From NCBI GenBank assembly GCA_964466625.1, contig CAYXQF010000003.1, positions 1-51,915 on the forward strand: DNA of 51,915 nt, written 5' to 3'. The position numbers were made by a program, and so were the translations under genes. The DNA comes from an uncultured Lachnospiraceae bacterium. Its GTDB lineage: Bacteria; Bacillota; Clostridia; Oscillospirales; CAG-272. This document shows, in pieces, positions 10,179 to 19,594 of this stretch (positions are counted from its first letter, which is position 1; every line of letters begins with the position of its first letter). The notes beneath the pieces are model-generated. The model saw nothing but the letters and a program-made list of their open reading frames with translations, was not told where the DNA came from and made no database searches.

Positions 10179-11669
10179 ATGAAAAAATATATTCTCGCAC
10201 TCGACGAGGGCACGACGAGTACCCGCTCGATCCTTTTCGACAAGAATGGTACGATCGTCGCAAAGGCACAGAAGGAATTTACCCAGTTCTACCCTGCCGC
10301 AGGTTGGGTAGAGCACGACGCCATGGAGATCTATGCCGCACAGTACGCAACGATGACGGAAGCTGTCGTCATGTCGGGGATCGCCCCTTCACAGATCGCC
10401 GCTGTGGGCATCACCAATCAACGTGAGACCACCGTTGTCTGGAATAAACAAACGGGCAAGCCGATCTGTCCTGCCATCGTTTGGCAGTGCAGAAGAACGG
10501 CTGACATCTGTGATGCTCTGCGCGATGCAAGACACACCGAGATGATCCGCGAGCGCGCAGGACTTCCGATCGACGCTTATTTCTCCGGCACGAAAATCAA
10601 ATGGATCCTCGACAACGTGGACGGCGCGCGTGATATGGCAGAAAAAGGAGATCTTCTCTTTGGTACGATTGATACTTGGCTTGTCTGGAAGCTGACGGGC
10701 GGCAAGGTTCATGCCACAGACCGCACAAATGCTTCCCGAACGATGCTTTTCAATATCCACACGCTGGATTGGGACGATGAGCTGCTCGCGCTTCTTGGCA
10801 TTCCACGCAGCATGCTTCCCGAGGTGAAAGCAAGCGCCGACGATTTCGGCACGCTGAATCTTCTCGGAGAAGAGATTCCCATCACCGGTGTTGCCGGTGA
10901 CCAGCAGGCGGCACTTTTCGGACAAGGTTGCTTCTCCGTCGGTGACGCGAAAAACACCTATGGAACAGGCTGTTTTCTCCTTGCCAATATCGGGGAAAAG
11001 CCGCTTTCCGATGCCAAGCTTCTCATCAATACGCTTGCCGCCACGGAAAAAGGGCGCCCTGCGGAATACGCCTTGGAAGGCAGTGTTTTTGTCGGCGGTG
11101 CCGTCATTCAATGGCTTCGCGATGAGCTTGGTTTTCTGCGTGACGCGGCGGACTCCGCCTATTTTGCAAATAAGCTTGCCGATAACGGCGGTGTTTACGT
11201 CGTTCCTGCTTTCACAGGTCTTGGTGCGCCGCATTGGGATATGTATGCCAGAGGCACCATCGTCGGGCTGACAAGAGGAAGCGGTCGCAATCATATCATT
11301 CGCGCGGCGCTGGAAGCAATCGCTTATCAGACGGAAGACATTCTCTCCCACATACAAAACGCGATGGGTGAACCGCTCAAGGTTTTGCGCGTGGACGGCG
11401 GCGCCTCGAAAAATCCATTCCTCATGCAATTTCAAGCGGATATTTCCCGTCTGCCCGTGCATCGCGCAGGCGAAACCGAAGCCACGGCGCTCGGTGCGGC
11501 ATTCCTCGCAGGACTTGCCGTGGGCTTCTGGAAAGATCGAGAGGAACTGAACACCCTTCTTTCCACAGCAGAAATCTTCACACCGTATATGGACGAAGAA
11601 ACCCGTGCCAAAAACCTCGACGGTTGGCGCCGTGCCGTTTCCTCCTCCATTTATCACGCATATTGTTAG
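10179..11669 (+). CDS. glpK: glycerol kinase
   Basis: [21 protein letters not shown]..., [23 protein letters not shown] and VDGGASKN are FGGY-family GlpK hallmarks. Confidence 0.95.
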   Translation: MKKYILALDEGTTSTRSILFDKNGTIVAKAQKEFTQFYPAAGWVEHDAMEIYAAQYATMTEAVVMSGIAPSQIAAVGITNQRETTVVWNKQTGKPICPAIVWQCRRTADICDALRDARHTEMIRERAGLPIDAYFSGTKIKWILDNVDGARDMAEKGDLLFGTIDTWLVWKLTGGKVHATDRTNASRTMLFNIHTLDWDDELLALLGIPRSMLPEVKASADDFGTLNLLGEEIPITGVAGDQQAALFGQGCFSVGDAKNTYGTGCFLLANIGEKPLSDAKLLINTLAATEKGRPAEYALEGSVFVGGAVIQWLRDELGFLRDAADSAYFANKLADNGGVYVVPAFTGLGAPHWDMYARGTIVGLTRGSGRNHIIRAALEAIAYQTEDILSHIQNAMGEPLKVLRVDGGASKNPFLMQFQADISRLPVHRAGETEATALGAAFLAGLAVGFWKDREELNTLLSTAEIFTPYMDEETRAKNLDGWRRAVSSSIYHAYC

Positions 11670-11678
11670 GAGGTAAGC

Positions 11679-12605
11679 ATGCAGATCTCCGTGATTGAAA
11701 AACAGATACCCTCCACCGACGGGATCCACACCCTGCGTGGAAAAATGTTTCTTCCCGAAGGGGAGATTCGTGCCGTTCTGCAGATCGCACACGGCATGGC
11801 AGAGCACATCGACCGCTATGCGGATTTTATGACGTATCTCGCGGAAAATGGCATTCTCGCTGTCGCATACGACCACATCGGTCACGGCAAAACTGCCGAA
11901 AATGACGATGAGCTTGGCTATTTTGCGAAAAAAGACGGCTGGCAGATCGTTTACCGCGACGTGATCGCATTCAGCCAAGCTGTGAAAAACGAGTATCCCG
12001 ATAAGCCGTTTATCCTGATGGGACACAGCATGGGCTCGTTCATCGTCAGAAATGCCGTCACTTACGCGCATGATCTTTACGATGCACTCATCATCATGGG
12101 TACGGGCGGCCCGAATCCGCTTTCGGGCATTGGTCTTTCTTTGGCGAAAGCGATCGCCAAATACAAAGGCGAAAAATACCACTCCGGACTCCTGCAAGCC
12201 TTGACCTTCGGGAGCTACAACAAAAAAACGGACAAAAAACACCCCTACGAATGGCTCACATACGACGGGGAGATCCGTAAAAAATACGCAGCCGACCCAC
12301 ATTGCGGCTTTCTTTTCACCGTTTCTGCTATGCAGGATCTGATCACGATGCAAGCCGAAGTCAATACGGACACGTGGTTTACACTCGTTCCTAAAGAGCT
12401 CCCGATCCTACTCACCTCAGGTGAAGAAGACCCCGTGGGAAGTTACGGTGACGGCGTGCGCACCGTTTATGAAAAACTGCAAAAGGCAGGCGTGCAAAAT
12501 ACTGAACTAAAGCTTTATGAAAAAATGCGCCACGAGATCCTCAACGAAATCGAAAAAGAGCGTGTTTATGAGGATATTCTCGCATTCGTTTTGAAAAATA
12601 TTTAA
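11679..12605 (+). CDS. alpha/beta hydrolase (lysophospholipase / monoacylglycerol-lipase-like)
   Basis: HGMAEH, the nucleophile elbow GHSMGS and a C-terminal MRHEILNE. Lies 10 nt after glpK. Confidence 0.75.
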   Translation: MQISVIEKQIPSTDGIHTLRGKMFLPEGEIRAVLQIAHGMAEHIDRYADFMTYLAENGILAVAYDHIGHGKTAENDDELGYFAKKDGWQIVYRDVIAFSQAVKNEYPDKPFILMGHSMGSFIVRNAVTYAHDLYDALIIMGTGGPNPLSGIGLSLAKAIAKYKGEKYHSGLLQALTFGSYNKKTDKKHPYEWLTYDGEIRKKYAADPHCGFLFTVSAMQDLITMQAEVNTDTWFTLVPKELPILLTSGEEDPVGSYGDGVRTVYEKLQKAGVQNTELKLYEKMRHEILNEIEKERVYEDILAFVLKNI

Positions 12606-12728
12606 AAAATATAAAAAACCATGTCCCATTTTTCCCCTTTGATTCGTTACACATATTAAGTTAAATTTTTTGACACGATAAAAGCGGAAAATCCACCGCA
12701 AATATGAAAAACACGGGAGAAAATATAT

Positions 12729-13613
12729 ATGCAAAATTACAAGATCATCACAGATTTCGGCTGTGATCTTCCCCAGCACATCACAGAAAACCTGGAAATC
12801 GAAATCATTCCTACCTCGATCCACATCGAAGGAGAACCGAACGTTCTTTCGAGCGAAATTGATATTTCCGATTTTTACGCAAAACTTCGCGATAAGAAAA
12901 TGATAAAGACCTCCGCTGTCAGCATCGCCGCTTTCGAAGAAAGCTTCGGCCGTGCGATGGCAGAAGGCAACGACGTGCTTTACATCGGTATGTCCTCGGG
13001 ACTCAGCGGCACGTTCAGCGCGGCAAAAGTGGCGGCTGATACCGTTCTTTCCGAATACCCCGAAAGAAAGATCACCTTCATTGATACCCACAGCGGTTGC
13101 GGCGGCGAAGGCCTTGCCGTTTTCCTTGCGGCAGAGAAAAAAGCCGAGGGCGCCACCTTTGAAGAGATCTCCGCTTATATGCAGGATATCGGCAGCCGCA
13201 TCAGCAGTTGGTTTATGGTCGATGACCTTTTCTTCCTCAAAAGAGGCGGCAGACTCCGCGCAGCAAGTGCCGTTGTCGGCTCGCTTCTCATGATCAAACC
13301 CATCGTGGGCGTGAATGAAGAAGGCAAGCTCGTCGCAAACGAAAAAGCACGCGGCAGAAAGGGTGCCATGGAAGCCCTCATCAAAAAGATCGAAACCTAT
13401 TGTGAAGATCCCAAGGAAAGCATCATCATGATCAGCCACAGCGACTGCATGAAAGACGCCGTTAATTTTGAAATGATGATCCGCGCGAAATGGGATGTAA
13501 AAAACATCATCACCACCGATATCGGCCCTGCATTCGGCGCACATTGCGGCCCCGACACCATCGCCGTATTCTTCATTGAAAAAGAAAAAAATTCTGACAC
13601 CGAAACTGAATAA
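12729..13613 (+). CDS. DegV-family fatty-acid-binding protein (FakB-like)
   Basis: IITDFGCDLP, KTSAVS, GLSGTFSAA and KRGGRL are typical DegV motifs. Confidence 0.85.
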   Translation: MQNYKIITDFGCDLPQHITENLEIEIIPTSIHIEGEPNVLSSEIDISDFYAKLRDKKMIKTSAVSIAAFEESFGRAMAEGNDVLYIGMSSGLSGTFSAAKVAADTVLSEYPERKITFIDTHSGCGGEGLAVFLAAEKKAEGATFEEISAYMQDIGSRISSWFMVDDLFFLKRGGRLRAASAVVGSLLMIKPIVGVNEEGKLVANEKARGRKGAMEALIKKIETYCEDPKESIIMISHSDCMKDAVNFEMMIRAKWDVKNIITTDIGPAFGAHCGPDTIAVFFIEKEKNSDTETE

Positions 13614-13645
13614 AAGTAAGTAAAAAGTGAGAGAAAGGATTCCGT

Positions 13646-15301
13646 ATGACAGCCACGATGACCATTAGCGGTGCCACATTTTATGAAATGCTGACTTCCG
13701 CAGCGAACAGCCTTGAAAACAACAAAGAAAAAATCAACGATCTTAACGTATTTCCCGTTCCCGATGGCGATACCGGCACAAATATGAGCCTCACCATCGG
13801 TTCCGTACATGATTTGAACCTTCCCGATGAAAGTATTTCTACCTGCGCCACCAAAGCGGCAGACTCCGTGCTTCGCTCCGCCAGAGGTAACTCCGGTGCG
13901 ATTCTTGCTCTTTTCTTCCGCGGCTTTGCAAAAGCTGTGAAAGGCATGGAAGAAGCTGACGTAAATGCGGTTGCCGATGCTTTCACCAAAGGCAAAGAAG
14001 AAGCTTATAAAGCTGTCATGAATCCTGCCGAAGGCACGATCCTCACCGTTATCCGCCGCTGTGCGGAAGAAGCGGAAGCTTGCAAAGCAAATTATGCGGA
14101 AAAACTCAACGATTTCTTCGCTTTCCTTTTGAAGGTTGCGGAAGAAACTCTCGAAAAAACACCTGAGATGCTCCCTGTACTCAAGGAAGCACACGTTGTT
14201 GACGCAGGTGGTTGCGGTTTCGTGACCATTCTTCGCGGTATTGTTTCCGCGCTTACCGGTAACCCTGTCGAAGCAAACGCACCCAAATCTACTGACGCGG
14301 TCACCGAAAAAGCAGACTTTGCAGACTTCAACACCGAAGACATCAAATTCAGCTATTGCACCGAATGTATCGTAGAGAAAAACGAACAGTTCCTCGGCGA
14401 AGGTACTGCGGCATCTTTCTATGAACGCATCGTCGACCTTGGTGACAGCATCGTATTTGTCGATGCGGAAGACATCATCAAGCTCCACATTCACACCAAT
14501 CACCCCGGTCTTGTTCTCGAAATGGCTTGTAACTATGGCGCATTTGCCACCGTCAAGATCGAAAACATGAAAAAACAGCACTCTTCCCTCTCCGGCGAAG
14601 CGGTTCCTCAGCCGATTAAAAAGGAACCCGTGATCGCACCTGCTGAAAAGCAGTACGGCTTCGTTTCCGTTTGCATGGGTGACGGTATCCGTGACACCTT
14701 CAAGGATTTTGCCGTTGACAGCATCGTATATGGCGGTCAGACCATGAACCCCAGCATGCAGGACATTCTCAATGCGGTAAACGCAACACCTGCAGAGATC
14801 GTTTTCGTTCTTCCTAACAACAAGAACATCGACATGGTTGCGATGCAGGCAGCAGATGCTTCCACCGAGAAGAAGGTCATCGTTATCCACACAAAGAGCA
14901 TTCCCGAAGGTATTAGCGCACTTCTCGCGTTTGATGAATCTGCCGCTCCCAATGAAAACGAAGAAGCAATGGGTGAAGCTGCAGCAAACGTCAAATCCAT
15001 TTCCGTAACACACGCAGTCAGAGATGCTTCCATTGATGGCGTTGCTGTTCGCAGCGGTCAGGCAATGGGTCTTGTCGGCGGTAAGATCCGCTCTGTTGGC
15101 AAAGATGGCGTAGAGTGTATCGGCAAGCTCGGCGATCAATTCAAAGAAGCTGCTTACGTCACCATCTTCTATGGCGAAGACGTTTCCGAAGTAGAAGCAG
15201 AAACCGTTTTGCATCTCATCGAAAGCATTGTGGACGACGCGGAAGTCGTTCTCGCGCGCGGCGGTCAGCCCCTTTACGATTACATCATTTCCGTTGAATA
15301 A
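13646..15301 (+). CDS. DAK2-domain protein, fatty acid kinase FakA / YloV-like
   Basis: N-terminal Dak2 motif VFPVPDGDTGTNM and RGNSG. About 550 aa, immediately downstream of the DegV gene. Confidence 0.85.
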   Translation: MTATMTISGATFYEMLTSAANSLENNKEKINDLNVFPVPDGDTGTNMSLTIGSVHDLNLPDESISTCATKAADSVLRSARGNSGAILALFFRGFAKAVKGMEEADVNAVADAFTKGKEEAYKAVMNPAEGTILTVIRRCAEEAEACKANYAEKLNDFFAFLLKVAEETLEKTPEMLPVLKEAHVVDAGGCGFVTILRGIVSALTGNPVEANAPKSTDAVTEKADFADFNTEDIKFSYCTECIVEKNEQFLGEGTAASFYERIVDLGDSIVFVDAEDIIKLHIHTNHPGLVLEMACNYGAFATVKIENMKKQHSSLSGEAVPQPIKKEPVIAPAEKQYGFVSVCMGDGIRDTFKDFAVDSIVYGGQTMNPSMQDILNAVNATPAEIVFVLPNNKNIDMVAMQAADASTEKKVIVIHTKSIPEGISALLAFDESAAPNENEEAMGEAAANVKSISVTHAVRDASIDGVAVRSGQAMGLVGGKIRSVGKDGVECIGKLGDQFKEAAYVTIFYGEDVSEVEAETVLHLIESIVDDAEVVLARGGQPLYDYIISVE

Positions 15302-15312
15302 GTGTATAAAGT

Positions 15313-15353
15313 CCCGAAAACCGGCATTTATGCGGCTTTCGGGCTCTTTTTTT
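15313..15353 (+). terminator. rho-independent terminator after the fakA-like gene
   Basis: cccgaaaaccggca...tgcggctttcggg followed by ctcttttttt. Confidence 0.7.
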
Positions 15354-15394
15354 CGATGAGCGTACTATCATCGTACTGAACGCTAAAAAACATG

Positions 15395-15433
15395 AAAAAA
15401 GGTATCGAATGATTTACATTCGATACCTTTTTT
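15395..15433. terminator. bidirectional terminator directly downstream of the integrase remnant
   Basis: aaaaaaggtatcgaatg-attta-cattcgatacctttttt: a perfect 17-bp stem including the A/T runs. Confidence 0.75.
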
Positions 15434-15434
15434 C

Positions 15435-15755
15435 TTAAAACAACGCAGAGAGTGCCTGTGCGATTTCTTGTTGCTTGTTCGGATAAAGATGTGAATATGT
15501 ATTCAGTGTCGTTTCAACATTTTCATGTCCAAGTCACTCCGAAATCACTAGTGGCGAAATCCCCATTTCGATCAATAACGAAGCATGCGAATGACGAAGG
15601 TCGTGCACACGGATTTTTTTCACTCCTGTTTTTTCGCATCCTTTTTTGATCCTCCATCTCAAGTATCCTCTTGAAATTGGAAAAAGCTCGCCCATGCGCA
15701 TCCCCGTAATGTAACAAAAAGAAGCCCCGAAGTCTTCGGAGCTTCTTAACATAAT
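15435..15755 (-). pseudogene. tyrosine recombinase (phage-integrase family) remnant, N-terminally truncated and frameshifted
   Basis: ORF 15534-15788 reads ...FCYITGMRMGEL...KIRVHDLRHSHASLLIEMGISPLVISE then stops. Shifting one frame, my translation continues LGHENVETTLNTYSHLYPNKQQEIAQALSALF to TAA at 15435-15437. This covers box I Arg, the HxLRH box and the catalytic Tyr region only; the N-terminal two thirds or so are missing. Confidence 0.75.
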
Positions 15756-15760
15756 TATTT

Positions 15761-17836
15761 TTAGTCGGTATATGATCTGATTCCACAAGGCAGATGGATA
15801 CGTATTTCTTTTTCAATCTTTCTTTCCGTTTTGATCGAAAACGTGTAGTCTGTGCCGGTATTCTTGACTGCGAAATCCGTTTTTCCGTAATGAGAGCGAT
15901 ATCCCGTCACTCGAATCTCCTTGCCTTTGGAAAGCCATTCGGGCATAATGCCGGCACAAATATGAATAGCTTCGTCATCCTCGAAGAAAAGTGCCTCCGT
16001 TAGATATTGGCACACAGAAAGCGGTGTCCAAAGATGCTGTCTGTCGCCGGAGATCTTCGCGGAGCCTGCTTCAGCTCCTCGCTCCTCGCACCACGTCACA
16101 AAAGGCGATGCATGATTGAACGCTGGGTAAAGATATTTTGCCGCCTCAGCAGAAAGCCCCATGCGCAGATATGCTCTTGCCACGTTACTCAGCGCCATCG
16201 CGACCCAAAGACCGTCGCGCATCCAACCCATGCCGATGGGCAATCCGCCCTCGCTTTGCTTGCCTGTTTCGATAAGACGGACGGTGTCCTTCATAATAGG
16301 ATCATCCGCTGAGAGCAGTCCTGCGGGGAACAAGGCATACAAACAACCATAGAGCGAAGTCAAAGACGCACCTGCAACGGAAGGAATGATGTGACATCCA
16401 TCCACCTCGGCAAGATTTTCTCTGATAGAGGTCATCAGGGCATTTTTTGCTTCTTCGCAAATTGCTGTAAGACTCGTGACATCTTCATCTTTTCCGAGAA
16501 TCTTCGCAGCCTCCAATGTTTTGAAATCAGCTGCGACGGAAAGAATGTTATGCGGATAGAATACACCGTAATAATCTCCTCGGTTCATCATGCCGCAATC
16601 GCCCATACCGCGTGGCATGAGGCCCCTTTCAGAGATAACTCCCGAATTTTTTGTGGACGTTCTGGCGCGGTGATTGAACATCGTGGAGGCATACATTCTC
16701 TCGTAATTTTTTTCCAAGAAAGCGGTGTCTCTCGTGATATAATAGTGCTCCATCACGGCGTTGGCTTTATTGAATACGATGCCCCAGCACTCGTGCTCCC
16801 AGCCCTTACTCGTCGCCCAGCAACCGTCGGGATCTTGTCCTTCCAAATATGTTGGATAATCGTTTACAGCTTCCTCTATATAGCCGATCGACTCGAGAAG
16901 GATCGTCGATTCGAGCGGTTCACCGCTGTTTGCTGATCTGTAAAATCTGGTGCCGCATCCAATGCCCATATGCTCACCGATCTGCTCACGCATAACGAAC
17001 ATGTCAGCCACACAAGCGCGATAGCAGTGCATCAGCGCTTTATCTTCAATATGAATATCGGTTCCTTTGCCAAGCAGATCTTCCCATTCGCGCAGGGCAT
17101 CTGCCATTTCCGCTTCGAAGCACCCAGGGTCGATCTGATCATAATCCTCAAAGTACATCTCATACGGCAGGAAGAAGTAACCGACACGGATTTCCGAGGA
17201 CATCAAGGAATCATGCGCTGTGATCTTTTTCATGGAATTTGGCTTGATGCCGAATTTTTCATTTGCCATCGGCGGCGCGCTTTCGCTGTCTACACCAATC
17301 TTGTAAAGCGGATAATCCTCGGCGCCGTAAGCACAGACCAAAAGTCTGTCTGCTCTTCCATCGTTCATCGTCATCAAAACGTGAGAATGGATGCCATCGA
17401 TCCAGCCCTTGTTACTGATGACCCAGCCTGTTGTGTGCGCAAATTGGATAAAGCAATCGTGATTCTCTTCTGCCGTGTTGACCACAGCCGTCTTCACGAC
17501 CACACCTCGCTTTGCTGCGATCGCGGAAATGGTATAATTTACACCGGCATCTGCGCCTTCGATCAAGAGCATCGGCGCACCGCTTTCGTGTCTTTTCCAT
17601 TTTGCAAAAGGTGCCGCGTGTCCATCCACGGAAACGCTCATAGCAAACTGAATATCCTGAGGCAAAACGACCCAAGAAAGCGGATGAATATTTTTAAGGG
17701 AACCCGACGCACGGGAAAATTTAATTCCGCTTTCCGAAACGTCTGCGACAAGCTTTTCACTTGCCGAAGGACGGCATAGCGTCAGCGTATGGGGAACCTG
17801 AAATGCATACTGAAAATCAATCGTGCTTTGCTTCAT
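15761..17836 (-). CDS. hypothetical protein, possibly an (alpha/alpha)6-barrel glycoside-hydrolase-like enzyme
   Basis: 691-aa ORF with ATG 17836 and an AGAGAGG RBS. No signal peptide. The function guess rests only on Trp/Gly-rich helical-repeat character and the sugar-gene context. Confidence 0.4.
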   Translation of the reverse strand: MKQSTIDFQYAFQVPHTLTLCRPSASEKLVADVSESGIKFSRASGSLKNIHPLSWVVLPQDIQFAMSVSVDGHAAPFAKWKRHESGAPMLLIEGADAGVNYTISAIAAKRGVVVKTAVVNTAEENHDCFIQFAHTTGWVISNKGWIDGIHSHVLMTMNDGRADRLLVCAYGAEDYPLYKIGVDSESAPPMANEKFGIKPNSMKKITAHDSLMSSEIRVGYFFLPYEMYFEDYDQIDPGCFEAEMADALREWEDLLGKGTDIHIEDKALMHCYRACVADMFVMREQIGEHMGIGCGTRFYRSANSGEPLESTILLESIGYIEEAVNDYPTYLEGQDPDGCWATSKGWEHECWGIVFNKANAVMEHYYITRDTAFLEKNYERMYASTMFNHRARTSTKNSGVISERGLMPRGMGDCGMMNRGDYYGVFYPHNILSVAADFKTLEAAKILGKDEDVTSLTAICEEAKNALMTSIRENLAEVDGCHIIPSVAGASLTSLYGCLYALFPAGLLSADDPIMKDTVRLIETGKQSEGGLPIGMGWMRDGLWVAMALSNVARAYLRMGLSAEAAKYLYPAFNHASPFVTWCEERGAEAGSAKISGDRQHLWTPLSVCQYLTEALFFEDDEAIHICAGIMPEWLSKGKEIRVTGYRSHYGKTDFAVKNTGTDYTFSIKTERKIEKEIRIHLPCGIRSYTD

Positions 17837-17950
17837 AGAAAACCTCTCTTTTGGATCAAGCCAACCGCCGAACCATTACCCTCATTATACATAAAAAATT
17901 GTTGTTGTCAACAAAATGATCCACGAAGGGAACTTTTAATTTATTACAAA

Positions 17951-19570
17951 TCAGTTTTCGTTCTTGAGAATATCGTTGTAAACCGTTTCAATATCGGTTT
18001 TGGCAGATTTTTCTTTTTGACCAACCCATTTTGTAAAGCTGTTTTTACCGCTGGCGATCATATTGCTGATAGCACTTTCATACGGACTCCACCAGAGATA
18101 GCCAGGATCATAGGTAATGTTGCTCATGATCAGGTCGAGCATTTCGCTCGATTCTTCATCGCCAAGATATTCCACGGTATAAGCATCGATGATCGCTGTG
18201 CGAACGATGTATTTGGAATGGCAGGTGAGAAGTTCAAAGAATGTACCTACTGTTTCAGGATCGAGAACAGAAACGGGAATGTGATAGTCTGCCACATGGT
18301 TGTCCACATAGTTGCAATACTGTTCCTGCGTTTCGCTGTAAAGCGGATAAGGAACGATACCGATGGAAACGTCCATATCTTTCATGCCTTCAATAGTCGT
18401 GAGGATCTCGGAGAAGAAAAGTGCTTTGCCGCTTGCCACATAGTTGGGAATATCTGCGTAGCTGACGTCTTCAGCGCCTTCGGTCGTAAATACGCTGATC
18501 GCTTTTTCGAGTACGTTGCTCCATTCATTCGACTGCGTCGAAGGTTCGAATACGAGTTTGCCGTTCACGTTATTCATGATTTTCATATTCGAGGCTACGT
18601 GCATTGCATGGGAAGCGTGCTGCGTGCGGATCCAGCCCATGATGTCGCCATCTTTATAAGTATACGCAGAGTTACCGTTGGTATCTTGTTTAACGCCCTT
18701 GATCATTTCCACGAAAATATCCATCGTCCACTTTTTGTCGCGTACGAGCTGATAGATATCATACTGTTGGCAAACTTGATTCTGCGCATAAAGGTCAATG
18801 TTATAGAAAAGAGAATAGATAGAACTGGGGCGTGCAAAATCGCCAATGGCGCCGTACATAGCTTTGGTGCCGTTCTTATCAAAGGTATAGGTGCTCACGT
18901 ATGCCTGATCCCACCAAGGATTTTCAAAATTGATGCCGAGATTATAAAGGTTGTAGTTCTGGTTGTTCGTGTAATATGCGCTTGAAGGATACTGTGTCAT
19001 ATACAGATCGATGGTGTGGATATTACCTGTTATATCTGCATTTACCACTTGTTGAGGAGAAGTACTGATATTAAATTCGATCTTGCAGTTATAAAGCTTT
19101 TCCACAAGCGCGTTTCTTTCACGCACTGCTACGGAAATGCTGTCTGTTTCTTCGGTGTAAAAGCTTGTTTCGTTACCCTCGCCAAGAAGACCGATGGTGA
19201 AAACCTTGCCGCCGAAGTCCACGTCTTCGTAGCCGGGAAGTTTGGTGTAACCGTCAAAGCCAGAAAGGTCAATGGTGGGATTTTCCGGTGTGGTATCTGC
19301 CGTTGTCTCATCAGCAGAAGAAGCTTCCGTTGTTTCCGACGCTGCGGAAGCGGTCGTTGTGTCCGCTGTTGTTGTCTCGGCTGTGGTGGTTTCCGCAGTC
19401 GTTGTTTCAGCGGTTGTCGTTGCGGCGGTCGTTGTGTCTGCTGTTGTGGTTGCCGCTGTGGTCGTGGACGCCGTGGTTGTCGGATCCGCAGGGGTTTCTC
19501 CGCAGCTTGCAAACGCGATGATCGAAAGCATCAGCGCCGCAGAGAGTAGCATGGATAAAAATCGTTTCAT
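17951..19570 (-). CDS. lipoprotein, extracellular solute-binding protein (large sugar-binding type) with Thr-rich stalk
   Basis: MKRFLSMLLSAALMLSIIAFASCGE lipobox. A (TTTAE)n linker is encoded at about 19345-19483, followed by a domain of about 450 aa resembling large ABC sugar-binding proteins. No permease genes are adjacent. Confidence 0.65.
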   Translation of the reverse strand: MKRFLSMLLSAALMLSIIAFASCGETPADPTTTASTTTAATTTADTTTAATTTAETTTAETTTAETTTADTTTASAASETTEASSADETTADTTPENPTIDLSGFDGYTKLPGYEDVDFGGKVFTIGLLGEGNETSFYTEETDSISVAVRERNALVEKLYNCKIEFNISTSPQQVVNADITGNIHTIDLYMTQYPSSAYYTNNQNYNLYNLGINFENPWWDQAYVSTYTFDKNGTKAMYGAIGDFARPSSIYSLFYNIDLYAQNQVCQQYDIYQLVRDKKWTMDIFVEMIKGVKQDTNGNSAYTYKDGDIMGWIRTQHASHAMHVASNMKIMNNVNGKLVFEPSTQSNEWSNVLEKAISVFTTEGAEDVSYADIPNYVASGKALFFSEILTTIEGMKDMDVSIGIVPYPLYSETQEQYCNYVDNHVADYHIPVSVLDPETVGTFFELLTCHSKYIVRTAIIDAYTVEYLGDEESSEMLDLIMSNITYDPGYLWWSPYESAISNMIASGKNSFTKWVGQKEKSAKTDIETVYNDILKNEN

Positions 19571-19594
19571 AAAGTGGTCCTCCTATTATTATAT

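Noticed and set aside
10389-15214. 654-aa (10389-12353) and 605-aa (13397-15214) minus-strand ORFs
   Set aside because: Antisense shadows of glpK plus the hydrolase and of the DegV/FakA-like genes. The plus-strand products are textbook families.
15345-15440. Possible att direct repeat: the 10-mer aaaacatgaa occurs here and again at about 49752-49761 at the right edge of the island
   Set aside because: It is short and A-rich, and it overlaps a terminator on the left and the gltS promoter spacer on the right. That is well within chance expectation, so it is not usable as att evidence without comparative data.
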